A DNA stretch of 54,608 bases from Acidobacteria bacterium RIFCSPLOWO2_12_FULL_54_10 (GCA_001767075.1 MEKX01000019.1:3335-57942), one strand, 5' to 3'; counted from the stretch's first letter, positions 9,436 through 20,052 are shown. The notes: generated by a model from the sequence alone, not told the origin. A program made the numbers and translations.

Positions 9436-11370
9436 ATGAAACATTGGATTCGCAATCGCTGCCTTCTTCTGATCCTGCCGATATTTTTTTTGCTTTTGAC
9501 TTCACAATTTAGCCAGGGACAAAACGACGCTCAAATGAAACTGGAAATGCTGAATGCATATCCAGAAATCATTTTGGTCAATGGCAAAATTTACACGATG
9601 GATGGGCAACTCAGGCAAGCTCAGGCACTGGCCGTGAAAAATCGCCGCATTATCGCGCTCGGCACAAATGACGAAATCCGGCGGCTCGCCGGGCCAAAGA
9701 CGGAAATTGTGGACGCCAAGGGCAGAACCGTGCTTCCAGGCTTGATCGACAGCCACACGCATCCTCCGCTGTGGGCCGTTGAGCACTGGCTGGGAGCGAA
9801 TGGCGATTTCGCGGCGAAGCGTTACAACGATCCTCAGTTGCAGATTTTTTACGCCAAAGGCAATGACCAAGTTACGCTGCTGCGCGAATTGGAGCGGATC
9901 GTGCGGGAGAGGCAGCAAGTTCTTAGCCCAGACAAGTGGATTTGGGTGAATCTGTTCGGAGGCAAGAGCTTGGTGGAATCGCGCAAGATCGTCTATCCGC
10001 TGATGCCCCGGCCGGGCGCGAGCGTCGGAACCGGCGTGGTGATCACGCGACAGTTTTTGGACACGCTGGCGCCGAATCATCCGCTGATCCTCATGACCGG
10101 CGAGGTCACAGGGCCGTCGTTCTCCAACACGCGAGCTAAAACAGAGATGGAAAAGTACTTGGTCAGCGGAGACATGCTGCAAATTCAAGCGCGGGCAGCC
10201 ATCGTCTTCGACATTTTTTTTCGCAACCGAACAGCCGATGCCGCCGATTTCCTAAAGCGCGAATTGCTGGAGTGCCTGGCGGCGCAGGGGATCACCAGCT
10301 TTGCGAATGATTACTCCGGTTCATATTCCACGCTGAAGATTCACAAATACTTGGAAGCTCACGATGATCTGCCGGTGCGCTGGGCGTGGTGGTTCGGAGG
10401 CGCGCCCGCGCTGCCCGGCAGCAATCAGGACCCCGATCCATTCGCTTACTACTACACGCTGGGGGATTTTCAGTCCGTGGGCAGCGACTACATATGGAAC
10501 GTTGGCGTGGCGAACCAGACCTGGGAATGGGGACCGCAAGGCAAAGGGGGTATCGGCACCTGTACCGAGGCCACTCCGCTGCCAACTGCGAATCCGGCGG
10601 AATTATATATGCCCTGCGAAAAGATGATGCCTAATTTGCAGCAATACGGAGGGTATAAGAATATCCAAGCGGCATTGCGCCTGGGTTTGCGGGTGGGGTA
10701 TCTGCACCACTATAGCGACGGGACGCTGGACGCGCTGGTGAAAATGCTGGATGACGAAATCGCCGCGGGCCGCACGACATTGGAGCAGGCGCGGGCACTG
10801 CGCATCGGCACCGAACACAACCCCATGATCCGGCCCGATCAGATCGCCAAGATCGCCAAATATGACATACGGCCTGGACTCAACGGCTACCAGATTCAGG
10901 GCGACATCAAAGGCGGAGCTTTCTTGAAAAATTACGGCGACCGTTATATGTCCTGGATGGTGCCGATGAAAAGCCTAGTGGATGCGGGCGTCCATCCAGT
11001 GCTCAACACCGACATTCATTTGCACAAAGTGCCACCGGAGTCCAAGGACAACGATTACCCTTCAGAATGGGACGGCAATTTCTGGGCGTTCTTTGAGTTC
11101 TTTGTTACACGCAGGCTAACCAGCAACGGTCCAGCCTTTAATCCTAAAGAAGCGATGGACCGCGTGAATTTGATGAAAGCGGCAACTGTTTGGGGTGCAG
11201 AGCAAGTGCTGAACGAAAAAAATATAGGTTCGCTGGAAGTGGGGAAGCTCGCCGACTTCATCGTGATCGACAAAGATTACTTCACGATCCCGGAAAATCA
11301 GATTCACAGCATCAGGACGCTATTAACTGCGGTGGGTGGGAGAGTGGTGTTTCGGGATAATGGTTATTGA
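9436..11370 (+). CDS. Secreted amidohydrolase family 3 (YtcJ-like) protein
   Basis: N-terminal signal peptide; ILVNGKIYT, GRTVLPGLIDSHTH and GSLEVGKLADFIVID motifs. Confidence 0.85.
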   Translation: MKHWIRNRCLLLILPIFFLLLTSQFSQGQNDAQMKLEMLNAYPEIILVNGKIYTMDGQLRQAQALAVKNRRIIALGTNDEIRRLAGPKTEIVDAKGRTVLPGLIDSHTHPPLWAVEHWLGANGDFAAKRYNDPQLQIFYAKGNDQVTLLRELERIVRERQQVLSPDKWIWVNLFGGKSLVESRKIVYPLMPRPGASVGTGVVITRQFLDTLAPNHPLILMTGEVTGPSFSNTRAKTEMEKYLVSGDMLQIQARAAIVFDIFFRNRTADAADFLKRELLECLAAQGITSFANDYSGSYSTLKIHKYLEAHDDLPVRWAWWFGGAPALPGSNQDPDPFAYYYTLGDFQSVGSDYIWNVGVANQTWEWGPQGKGGIGTCTEATPLPTANPAELYMPCEKMMPNLQQYGGYKNIQAALRLGLRVGYLHHYSDGTLDALVKMLDDEIAAGRTTLEQARALRIGTEHNPMIRPDQIAKIAKYDIRPGLNGYQIQGDIKGGAFLKNYGDRYMSWMVPMKSLVDAGVHPVLNTDIHLHKVPPESKDNDYPSEWDGNFWAFFEFFVTRRLTSNGPAFNPKEAMDRVNLMKAATVWGAEQVLNEKNIGSLEVGKLADFIVIDKDYFTIPENQIHSIRTLLTAVGGRVVFRDNGY

Positions 11371-11385
11371 TTTATTTCTCGCAGT

Positions 11386-11661
11386 TTAACCCCCCGCCTC
11401 GATAAATGCGTCGATGACGCGAGGCTGCTCAAGGTAGTGCGCGACAGCGTATTCCGCCAGCAGATGGGTTTCGACTTCGATGAGCGCCGCGCACCACTCG
11501 CCTTCTAAATGCGGGGAAGCTGCGGAATGATCGCAGGGGCCGCTTGAGCCGAGATCGGGACCGAACTCTCCGCCGAGAACATCAGAGAAGTGCTGCAATT
11601 CTTCCCACGCCTGGTTGCCGTAGGTTCCACTGAGATTTATGCGCAAACGGACGCGATGCAC
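11386..11661 (-). CDS. Hypothetical protein (91 aa, Cys/His-containing)
   Basis: Fills the gap downstream of ilvD on the same strand; GTG start; protein-like composition. Confidence 0.6.
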   Translation of the reverse strand: MHRVRLRINLSGTYGNQAWEELQHFSDVLGGEFGPDLGSSGPCDHSAASPHLEGEWCAALIEVETHLLAEYAVAHYLEQPRVIDAFIEAGG

Positions 11662-11729
11662 GGAATCCCCAACAACGGCGATTTTTCTCGCCGAAAATAA
11701 AAGCAGGATTAATTACATTAGAAAATGCG

Positions 11730-13409
11730 TTATCGGCAAATTGCGCCTTCCGATGCCGAAGAGACCAATTTGGCGTACTTGGCCAAAGCGCCGGTTGTAT
11801 ACTTCGGGCTAGGCTGCTTCCACTTGGCCAGGCGTTTCTTGATTTCGCTGTCGCTCAAAGCCACGGATAGTTCGCCATTCACGGCATCGAAAGTAATGCG
11901 GTCGCCTTCCTTGAGAGCCGCAATCGGCCCACCGACAAAGGCCTCTGGCGCAACGTGACCAGCCATCAAACCGTGCGTAGCGCCGGAGAAACGGCCATCG
12001 GTCATTAAGGCAACCTTATCGCCTAATCCCTCGCCGATGATGGCGCCCGTTACGGCCAGCATTTCGCGCATTCCGGGACCACCCTTTGGGCCTTCATAGC
12101 GAATGACCACGATATCCCCTGCCTTGACTTTGCCATTGAGAATCGCCTTCATGGTGGCTTCTTCGCCATCGAAGACGCGGGCGGGACCTTCCAGTCTCAA
12201 GTTCTTTACGCCTGCGGTTTTCACGACAGCGCCTTCGGGCGCGAGGTTGCCTTTTAGGACTACCAGCGTTCCGGTGGGCGAAATGGGTTTAGAGACAGAA
12301 TGAATTACGTTCAATGTATTGGTAACCTTGATGCCTTTCAGATTTTCCTTCAGAGTTTTCCCAGTAGCGGTGATGCAGTCGCCATGGAGCAGATTGGCAT
12401 CCAGGAGAATCTTCATCAGCACCTGCACGCCGCCAGCCTTGTAAAAGTCAGCCATAACGTACTGACCGCCGGGACGCATGTCGGCGATGTGCGGTGTGCG
12501 GCGGGTGATTTTATTAAAGTCGTCAATGTTCAGCGGAACTCCCGCTTCACGCGCGATCGCCAGCAAGTGGAGAACGGCGTTGGTGGAACCGCCCGTGGAA
12601 ACAACAACCGTGATAGCGTTTTCAAATGCTTTGCGCGTCAGGATGTCGCGCGGGCGAATCTCCTTTTCCAACAGGTTCAGCACGGCTTCGCCAGCGCGGA
12701 AACTGGCCTCCTGCCGGCGTTCATCGACCGCGGGAATCGCAGCCGAACCGGGCAATGCGAGACCCAATGCTTCAATAGCCTCCGCCATGGTGTTTGCCGT
12801 GTAAAGACCGGCGCAAGAACCAGCGCCAGGACAGGCCACGTGCTCAAGAGCATTCAATTCATCCGATGTCATCTTGCCCCGTGCATGAGCGCCGACGGCC
12901 TCAAAAACATCCTGGATGGTGACGTCCTTGCCGCAATAGGTTCCGGGCAGAATACTGCCGCCGTAAAGGAAGACTCCGGGAATATTCAATCGCGCCAGAG
13001 CCATGACCATGCCGGGCAGACTTTTGTCGCAACCCGCGATGGTCACCAGGCCATCGAAGCGTTCCGCTAAAGCCATCAACTCCACGGAGTCGGCGATGAC
13101 TTCGCGGCTGACCAGCGAGGCTTTCATGCCTTCATGGCCCATGGCAATAGCATCGCTGACCGCGATGGTGCCGAACTCAAACGGCGTGCCGCCCGCTGCC
13201 GTGACTCCTTCCTTTGCTTTCTTGGCCAAGTGACCCAGGTGGAAATTGCACGGCGTAATCTCATTCCAACTGGAAGCTACACCGATGTGCGGGCGCGCGA
13301 TCTGTTCATCCGTGAAACCCATGGCGTGGAACATGGCGCGATGCGGCGCGCGTTCGGGGCCTTCCGCGACTTGCCAGCTTCGATGCTTCATCTTGCGGTT
13401 AGTTTTCAT
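11730..13409 (-). CDS. ilvD: Dihydroxy-acid dehydratase
   Basis: [45 protein letters not shown] and TDGRFSG motifs. Confidence 0.95.
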   Translation of the reverse strand: MKTNRKMKHRSWQVAEGPERAPHRAMFHAMGFTDEQIARPHIGVASSWNEITPCNFHLGHLAKKAKEGVTAAGGTPFEFGTIAVSDAIAMGHEGMKASLVSREVIADSVELMALAERFDGLVTIAGCDKSLPGMVMALARLNIPGVFLYGGSILPGTYCGKDVTIQDVFEAVGAHARGKMTSDELNALEHVACPGAGSCAGLYTANTMAEAIEALGLALPGSAAIPAVDERRQEASFRAGEAVLNLLEKEIRPRDILTRKAFENAITVVVSTGGSTNAVLHLLAIAREAGVPLNIDDFNKITRRTPHIADMRPGGQYVMADFYKAGGVQVLMKILLDANLLHGDCITATGKTLKENLKGIKVTNTLNVIHSVSKPISPTGTLVVLKGNLAPEGAVVKTAGVKNLRLEGPARVFDGEEATMKAILNGKVKAGDIVVIRYEGPKGGPGMREMLAVTGAIIGEGLGDKVALMTDGRFSGATHGLMAGHVAPEAFVGGPIAALKEGDRITFDAVNGELSVALSDSEIKKRLAKWKQPSPKYTTGALAKYAKLVSSASEGAICR

Positions 13410-13562
13410 CTATCACCTCGAATGGGCCGGAGAAGAAACACCTGGATTTGCAATTTCCGAGGTTCTCTCATTGGCGGATTATGATTCGGTTTCAATCACT
13501 TTGAAAAAGATCAGTATAGCGCAAAATAGCGCAAACAGGGGGCGCGATGGATTTCAGGCACA

Positions 13563-15674
13563 TCAGTGATCCCCGGTCAGTTGTCGGCTTAAATCCAGCG
13601 GGTCGGTGACGGGCTGCTGGCATGCATAGTTGCGGCAGACATAGGCGGCAGGTTTGCTGCTGATCATCTGCTTCCCAGCAAGCAATGGGACACGCGAAAT
13701 AATGGTATCTGCAGATGAATTCGACGGGTCGAGCAACACGACCAGCCTATTTGGCAAATGCTGCCTGTAAACTACTTGCCGCAATTCCTGCGTGCGGGGA
13801 TCATCCAGCGGACCGACAATCGCAATTTCCTTATAACCCTCGTGCCATGTTTCCAACCCGCTCAAAAAACGCTCATGCCCGAACGGCGATTGTGTGGCGT
13901 TGCCGCTGAACAAGCTCAGGATGGCCCCGGCTTTATCTCGATAGTCGTGTTTCCCGAGCAACTGCGCCATACGCAGCAGGTTTCCGATCATGACGGAATT
14001 GCCGGATGGGATCGCACTGTCTCCCGCCAATTTGCTCCGCAGAATCAATTTCTCATGATCCGATGCGGTGAAGAAAAATCCTCCGTCCTGATCATCCCAA
14101 TAGAAACGAATGGCGATTTCGAGGAGCCGCTCCGATTCGTTCAACCAGGAAATGTCGCCGCTTACTTCAAATAAAGTGATCAGACCGTCGATCATAAAGG
14201 CGTAATCGTCCACATAGGCCGTCAAATGGGCCTTGCCGCTTCGGTAGGAGCGAAGCAAGCGCCCGTCGTTCATCATGCGGTTGAGAAGAAAACGTGCTGC
14301 TTGTGACGCGGCATCGAAGTATTTCCGCTCATTCAGAACCGCAGAACCAGCAGCTAAGCTGGAAATCATGAGGCCGTTCCACGCGGCGAGTATCTTGTCG
14401 TCGAGGGCTGGTTTGACGCGCGCTTCCCTGACCATGAACATCTTGGCGCGGGCGGCCTGCAACCGCTGTTGAAGCTCCTCCGAGGCGATCTCTAATTGCT
14501 GCGCTGTCTCATTGAGTGGCCGCAGGACGCGCAGAATATTTTTTGGACCAGCGGGTACGTGAGCATCTCCCGGGTGGTCCCAATTGCCCGCTGATGAAAT
14601 ATCGAAATGGGCAGCAAACAACCTTGCTTCATCTTCTCCAAGCGATTGTTGAATCTCATCGAGCGTCCAAAGATAAAACTTCCCTTCCATCCCTTCGCTA
14701 TCGGCGTCCTCGGCAGAGAAGAAACCGTCCTCTTCGCTCCTCAGGCACCTAAGAACATAGTCATAAATTCCTTTGGCTGCTTCCGCAAAATCTTCTCGGC
14801 CTGTTATCTGAAAACCTTCGAGGTAAATCGAGCTAACCAAAGCCTGGTCGTAAAGCATTTTCTCGAAATGAGGAACGTGCCATAAAGGGTCGGTGCTGTA
14901 ACGGTGAATGCCGCCGCCCAATTGATCGTGGATTCCTCCCTGCCCCATTTTTGTAAGGGTTAATTCCACGGGGGCCAGGAACTCGTGATTGCGGGTCTTC
15001 CGATATTCCCGCAGAAGCAAGCTCATGGACATGGACGGAGGGAACTTATTGGAACCGCTAGAAACGCCTCCGTGCTTAGGATCGTATACGCGCGTCATCT
15101 GCCAAGCCGCCATCGATACAGAATCGCGTGTGGCGATACCACTCTGCATGGGGGAATGCATTTGCTGCAAAGCATCAGTCACCCGGCTTGCGTCCATGGC
15201 TATTTCCTGGCTGCGCTCTTTCCACAAACCGGCTACGCGCAACAGTACGTTTTTGAAACCTGGCCGCCCGTAATAGTCATCGGGGGGGAAGTAAGTCCCT
15301 GCGAAGAATGGCCGTCCGTCGGGCGTCAGCCAAACACTCATTGGCCAGCCGCCTTGTCCACGAGTGAATAAAATCGTCGCGTTCATGTAGATTTCGTCGA
15401 GGTCCGGGCGCTCCTCGCGGTCCACTTTCACTGGAACAAACAGATCATTCAACACTTGCGCCACTTCTTCGTTTTCAAAACTCTCGTGCTCCATCACATG
15501 GCACCAATGGCAGGCCGAATATCCAATACTCAAGAAAATCGGCTTGTTGTTTGCGCGAGCTTCTGCGATAGCTTCGGGTCCCCACGGAAACCAATTCACG
15601 GGATTATGCGCATGCTGAAGTAGATAAGGGCTAGTTTCGTGGATGAGACGGTTGGTGTGCTTTGGATGATTCAT
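13563..15674 (-). CDS. YyaL/DUF255-type protein (thioredoxin domain plus six-hairpin glycosidase-like domain)
   Basis: [37 protein letters not shown] and [11 protein letters not shown] motifs. Confidence 0.92.
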   Translation of the reverse strand: MNHPKHTNRLIHETSPYLLQHAHNPVNWFPWGPEAIAEARANNKPIFLSIGYSACHWCHVMEHESFENEEVAQVLNDLFVPVKVDREERPDLDEIYMNATILFTRGQGGWPMSVWLTPDGRPFFAGTYFPPDDYYGRPGFKNVLLRVAGLWKERSQEIAMDASRVTDALQQMHSPMQSGIATRDSVSMAAWQMTRVYDPKHGGVSSGSNKFPPSMSMSLLLREYRKTRNHEFLAPVELTLTKMGQGGIHDQLGGGIHRYSTDPLWHVPHFEKMLYDQALVSSIYLEGFQITGREDFAEAAKGIYDYVLRCLRSEEDGFFSAEDADSEGMEGKFYLWTLDEIQQSLGEDEARLFAAHFDISSAGNWDHPGDAHVPAGPKNILRVLRPLNETAQQLEIASEELQQRLQAARAKMFMVREARVKPALDDKILAAWNGLMISSLAAGSAVLNERKYFDAASQAARFLLNRMMNDGRLLRSYRSGKAHLTAYVDDYAFMIDGLITLFEVSGDISWLNESERLLEIAIRFYWDDQDGGFFFTASDHEKLILRSKLAGDSAIPSGNSVMIGNLLRMAQLLGKHDYRDKAGAILSLFSGNATQSPFGHERFLSGLETWHEGYKEIAIVGPLDDPRTQELRQVVYRQHLPNRLVVLLDPSNSSADTIISRVPLLAGKQMISSKPAAYVCRNYACQQPVTDPLDLSRQLTGDH

Positions 15675-15947
15675 AAAATATTTAGCCTTTGCTATCAGCC
15701 TGACATCGGGTTGGCGATCTTCGCAAACAAGTGAAGTACGAAAAGCGGACAGCAGAATAAATTGCTATGTGAGGATTTTTTGTTCTGCAGAGAAGCTGGC
15801 CTATTATGTTGTAACCAGACCGCTTCCGTTCGATTATTTATTTCGGAGAACGGGCTTGAAGATCAAATGCGGTGCGTGCAAATGAGAAGCAATTGGCTCG
15901 TAAATGGCAATCCATCCATTGTTTCCTGAACTTAAACCATAGGCCAA

Positions 15948-15980
15948 ACTGGCGGTCAGCAAGACGATGCCACCGCCAGT
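15948..15980 (-). terminator. Stem-loop downstream of the FxLYD-like gene
   Basis: ACTGGCGGT (15948-15956) and ACCGCCAGT (15972-15980) form a perfect 9-bp inverted repeat 13 nt past the stop. The U-tail is short. Confidence 0.45.
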
Positions 15981-15993
15981 CAGCCCAAATGCT

Positions 15994-16392
15994 TTATTTC
16001 CGACTGTCCTTCATTGCCAGCCGTCCACCAAAAAGCGTGGAAAATACCACGTTGAATCGCTTGATGGATGCATCATAAGGCGTGCTCACTTTGAAATCTG
16101 ATACTCCATCGGCAGGAAGGGGATCCTTCGCGAGTTTACCCTTAACAACTTGAACACTTTTGCCGCTAGCATCCTGGAAATCGATGGCTACATCCACGCC
16201 TTCTACAGGGCGACCGGAAATGTTCTTGACTTGCCCAACCAATTCGAGGCTGGTTTGGGTCGCGGAAACCTTAGCCGATAGCAATTCAACCTGGGTTCGC
16301 TGCTGAGTTACGCCGTCCCGAGAAAACAACAAAATTGTTGTCAGCAATACAATCAGAAATGCCCAGTTCGGAACGACTGTTTTATTTGCCAT
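15994..16392 (-). CDS. Secreted FxLYD-domain-like protein
   Basis: Hydrophobic N-terminus; VGQVKNISGRPVEGVDVAIDFQDASGK fits the FxLYD beta-sandwich pattern; GGAGG RBS. Confidence 0.7.
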   Translation of the reverse strand: MANKTVVPNWAFLIVLLTTILLFSRDGVTQQRTQVELLSAKVSATQTSLELVGQVKNISGRPVEGVDVAIDFQDASGKSVQVVKGKLAKDPLPADGVSDFKVSTPYDASIKRFNVVFSTLFGGRLAMKDSRK

Positions 16393-16462
16393 CTTTCCTC
16401 CTTCTCAGAATATGACACTCTTGCTACCTGGTATCAGAATACCAAAACCTTATGATACTTTT

Positions 16463-16522
16463 ACATCTCAATTTCCAGGGTCAGCGTAACATCTCAATTT
16501 CATAATCTCAACTTAGAGTTGA
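16463..16522. repeat. Direct repeats in a divergent promoter region
   Basis: ACATCTCAATTTC at 16463-16475 and 16489-16501; a third ATCTCAA at 16505-16511 overlaps the palindrome TCAACT-tag-AGTTGA. Confidence 0.7.
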
Positions 16523-16586
16523 ATTATATCAGGTCTTTGTACTGTTTATTGTAGCTTGATACTGGTTAAAAGATAATGGAAGCACC

Positions 16587-16850
16587 ATGGCAACTGCTCC
16601 CCTGCTTAAACAAAGTACCACAGGGAGTCTAGAGCGTTCCATCGGGTTTTTCACGGCCACCTGCGTGGTTATTGCCAATGTGATCGGAGTAGGAATCTTT
16701 ACTACGCCGGGATTCTTAGCACGCGATTTAGGAAGCCCGTTTGCTGTGCTGTCGATCTGGGTTTTGGGGGGTGTTCTTGCAATCGCAGGCGCATTATCCT
16801 ATAGCGAACTTGGCGCAGAGGATCTCGCTCAAATAGTTAAGACGGGTTGA
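16587..16850 (+). pseudogene. Truncated APC-family amino acid permease (N-terminal fragment)
   Basis: LERSIGFF..IANVIGVGIFTTPG..GALSYSELGA matches APC TM1-2, then similarity stops near 16820. It is 87 aa against roughly 450 expected, and no continuation was seen downstream. Confidence 0.8.
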
Positions 16851-17057
16851 AATTGTCTATTGTACCTGCCAGGATACTTCAAGACTAAAGAATTTAGCCG
16901 CAACTTTGTTGCTCTTTCCGTGTTGCTGATTGTATGGCTGTTTAATGTAATCCATATGATTTGCGCAAGTCCTGAAACCATTTTTATCAGCTACCAGTCC
17001 AATTAACTAAGCAGCCACTCTCGAAAGGAAATCATAGTAAGAACGAGTAAAGCCAGA

Positions 17058-19745
17058 ATGAAAAATAAAATTTTGATGGGTTCCCTGGGTATTGTATTTG
17101 CTATTTATCTCTTGCTTGTGCCAGACGCGGCCTGGAGCCAGATTGCATTCCGCGGTCGAGTTCTGGATGGGAGCGGAGCTTCGATCCCGGCTGCTACAGT
17201 TTCCATTTACTCAGGAGATGCAGTCGCAGGACAAGCGGTGACGGCAACCAATGGAGAGTTTTCCCTTTCAGTTGCGGTGGGAGAATACCGAATCGAAATT
17301 GCAGCAACGAATTTCCAAAGCTACTCCGAGACCATTCGAGTCAGCAGCGGCATGAAACCGCTGAATGTCACGCTCCGCCTGGCGACGATGCAACAATCGG
17401 TGGACGTGCAAGAGGAGCCGCTGTCGATTGCGCTGGAATCGGACCGCAACATAGGCGTACTAGTGCTCGACCAGGAAACAATAAAGGACCTGCCGGACGA
17501 TGAGCAGGAACTTGCCGATATTCTGCGGGAGCTGGCTGGGCCTGGTGCCGGGGGAGAAGCCGAGATAGTGGTGGATGGTTTCACCGGCCAAAACGCCCCT
17601 CCGAAAGACCAGATTCAGGAAATTCGCATCAACAGCAGCCCCTTCAGCGCCGAATACAGCCGACCGGGCCGGAACCGCATAGAAATCGTCACCCGCCCTG
17701 GAACAGGCTTGCTGCGGGGGAATTTGGCGTTTAACCTGCGAGACGAATCCCTAGATGCCCGCCGGGCCATGGCGAATTTCAAGCCTCCCTACCAGCAGAG
17801 GAATTTCCGGAGCAATTTCAGCGGGCCGCTGCTGAAAGACAAGCTCTCGTTTTCCCTTTTCCTGATGCGGTCCGACCAGGAAAACAGCGATACAATTCAA
17901 GCCCTGACACCAGAGGGGGAAGCGCTTTCCCAAAGCGTGGTGATCCCTGCCGACCGCCGCATGTACAATGTCCGGCTACAGTACATGATATCGGACAGGC
18001 ATACGCTGGATCTCAGCTCGGAATTCGGATCGAACGTCCGCAAGAACCAGGGTGTGGGGGGATTCACGCTGCCGGAAAGGGCGTCGGAGTCAAGCTCGCG
18101 GGATGGGGAATATCGCATCCGCGAGACCACGGTTCTATCTTCAGGAACGCTGCATGAAACCCGCTTCCAATACAGCCGCGATTCGTCTTCATCGAATCCA
18201 TTGACCGATGCGCGGGCGATCAATGTGCTGGATGCCTTTCGCAGCGGGGGAGCGCAGAATCGCGCCAACCAGACCACCAACAGCTACCAGTTCGGAAACC
18301 TCTTAACGAACTCCAGGGAGAAACTTACACTGAGGGCAGGATTCCAGGGCAACTACCAGCAACGAAGCACACGGTCAGAAGAAAATTTCCTGGGCACTTT
18401 CGTCTTTTCGGATCTGGCATCCTACCTGGCGGGCAAACCGACGACGTTTACGATCAACAGCGGCAATCCGGTTTTGGATTTCAACCAATTTGAGATGGGT
18501 TTGTTCGTCCAAAACGATTGGCGGGTGACGCAAAAGTGGATGCTTTCCTTCGGGCTGCGGTATGAAGCGCAGACCAATAGCGGCGACAAGAATAATCTGG
18601 ACCCACGAGTTAGTTTCGCTTACAGCTTGGGCAACGGAACCGTCCTGCGAGGCGGCGCGGGAATGTTCCATCAGCGGCTGGAGGGAGGAACGGTGGAGTC
18701 ATTGATGCGCCTGGACGGCACTCGGCAACTGCAAACTGTAATCAGCTCTCCGTCGTATCCTGATCCTTTCGCAGGGACCGGTGGCCAGAGCACGATTCCG
18801 TCGTCGCTTCGGGTCCGTGCGGATGATCTGGCGCAGCCCTATACCGTAAATTCGTCGCTATCTCTGGAAAGCCGTCTATCTGCCGCGACGACCATTTCCG
18901 CAACCTATGAGTTGATTCGCGGTATTCACCTGCTCCGCAGCCGCAACTTGAATGCCCCTCTGCCGGGCCAGACCGTCCGGCCAGACCCCTTGCGAGGCAA
19001 TATCGAATTGCTGGAATCGACAGCGACTTCCACGTCGCACGCGCTCCATTTACGCTTGAACCAGCGTTTCGGGCCAATGTCCTTTTTTGGCAATTATTCG
19101 CTTTCCTCGAATCACAACAACACCGACGGACCCTTCAGCCTCCCTGCCAGCAACTACGACCTGCGCAGCGAATGGGGACGGTCGCCGAATGACCAGCGGC
19201 ACCGTTTTTCGATGGGCCTGACCTCAAGGCTACCGTGGAATATCAGTTCCAACCTCCGGGCGCAGGCAAACTCCGGAGGGCCGTTCAACATCACCACGGG
19301 ATTCGACGACAACGGCGACACGCTGACGAATGACCGTCCTGCGGGATTTTCCCGGAACTCCGGCCAGGGGCCTGGATTTTTTGATATGGATTTGAGCTTT
19401 ACGAAAACGATTCCGCTGCGACGCACTCAGGAATCGAGCGCCGGACGCGGAGGCTCACAGAATCCGCAAGCGGGGGGATTCGGTGGAGGACAGAGTTTCC
19501 AAGGAGGACCGGGATTTCAGGGTGGAGGAGGGTTCCCAGGCGGTGGACCGGGATTTCCGGGCGGCGGAGGCGGGGGCGGACGTTCCAGCGGGCCGACGGT
19601 GGCGATTACCGCCAATATCAACAATCTTCTGAACCACACGAACTTCACGCGCTTCAACGGGGTTTTGACTTCGTCCTTTTTTGGACGGGCGAATTCGGTC
19701 CGCAATCCGCGCGAGATTGAAGTTGGGTTGCGGTTCAATTTCTAG
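17058..19745 (+). CDS. TonB-dependent receptor-like (Oar-type) outer-membrane protein with an N-terminal carboxypeptidase-regulatory-like domain
   Basis: Signal peptide; FRGRVLDGSGASIPAATV, FVQNDWRV..LSFGLRYE and NNLDPRVSFAY motifs; C-terminal PREIEVGLRFNF. Confidence 0.88.
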   Translation: MKNKILMGSLGIVFAIYLLLVPDAAWSQIAFRGRVLDGSGASIPAATVSIYSGDAVAGQAVTATNGEFSLSVAVGEYRIEIAATNFQSYSETIRVSSGMKPLNVTLRLATMQQSVDVQEEPLSIALESDRNIGVLVLDQETIKDLPDDEQELADILRELAGPGAGGEAEIVVDGFTGQNAPPKDQIQEIRINSSPFSAEYSRPGRNRIEIVTRPGTGLLRGNLAFNLRDESLDARRAMANFKPPYQQRNFRSNFSGPLLKDKLSFSLFLMRSDQENSDTIQALTPEGEALSQSVVIPADRRMYNVRLQYMISDRHTLDLSSEFGSNVRKNQGVGGFTLPERASESSSRDGEYRIRETTVLSSGTLHETRFQYSRDSSSSNPLTDARAINVLDAFRSGGAQNRANQTTNSYQFGNLLTNSREKLTLRAGFQGNYQQRSTRSEENFLGTFVFSDLASYLAGKPTTFTINSGNPVLDFNQFEMGLFVQNDWRVTQKWMLSFGLRYEAQTNSGDKNNLDPRVSFAYSLGNGTVLRGGAGMFHQRLEGGTVESLMRLDGTRQLQTVISSPSYPDPFAGTGGQSTIPSSLRVRADDLAQPYTVNSSLSLESRLSAATTISATYELIRGIHLLRSRNLNAPLPGQTVRPDPLRGNIELLESTATSTSHALHLRLNQRFGPMSFFGNYSLSSNHNNTDGPFSLPASNYDLRSEWGRSPNDQRHRFSMGLTSRLPWNISSNLRAQANSGGPFNITTGFDDNGDTLTNDRPAGFSRNSGQGPGFFDMDLSFTKTIPLRRTQESSAGRGGSQNPQAGGFGGGQSFQGGPGFQGGGGFPGGGPGFPGGGGGGGRSSGPTVAITANINNLLNHTNFTRFNGVLTSSFFGRANSVRNPREIEVGLRFNF

Positions 19746-19793
19746 GCCGTTTTTACAGTTGCTATGTAGTGGGCGTGAGAGGGTGATTTCTGT

Positions 19794-19918
19794 CGCCCTT
19801 CCGGGGCTTGCGGGTTTAATTGCTCTTGTTCCCACGGCTCCCCCCCCCAGCACATCGGAATGTGCCAGGGACCCCGGTATTGAGCCGTGGGCTAGACTCT
19901 TGCGCCCCATCCGGGGCT
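19794..19918. repeat. REP-like composite palindromic element
   Basis: Direct repeats CGCCCTTCCGGGGCT (19794-19808) and CGCCCCATCCGGGGCT (19903-19918) flank the inverted repeat CCCACGGCTC (19831-19840) / GAGCCGTGGG (19882-19891), which encloses the hairpin GCACAT-cgga-ATGTGC. Confidence 0.7.
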
Positions 19919-20052
19919 AAACTTGAATAGTTATACATCAACGGTGGGTGGTCGCTCCCTAAACGAGATCTATATGTCGTTTAGTATCGCGGCTCGGATT
20001 CGGAATCTTGCGAGTCTACACAATTTGGGAAAATGGTATAGAGAGGCAATCC

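Noticed and set aside
12300-13070. 256-aa plus-strand ORF, and similar ORFs opposite nuoL/M, the amidohydrolase and the matrixin
   Set aside because: They lie wholly antisense to well-supported genes.
16895-17002. ECF sigma promoter candidates upstream of the TonB receptor (GCAACT.., TGAAAC..GTCC)
   Set aside because: The spacing is off-consensus and the motifs are too short to support by eye.
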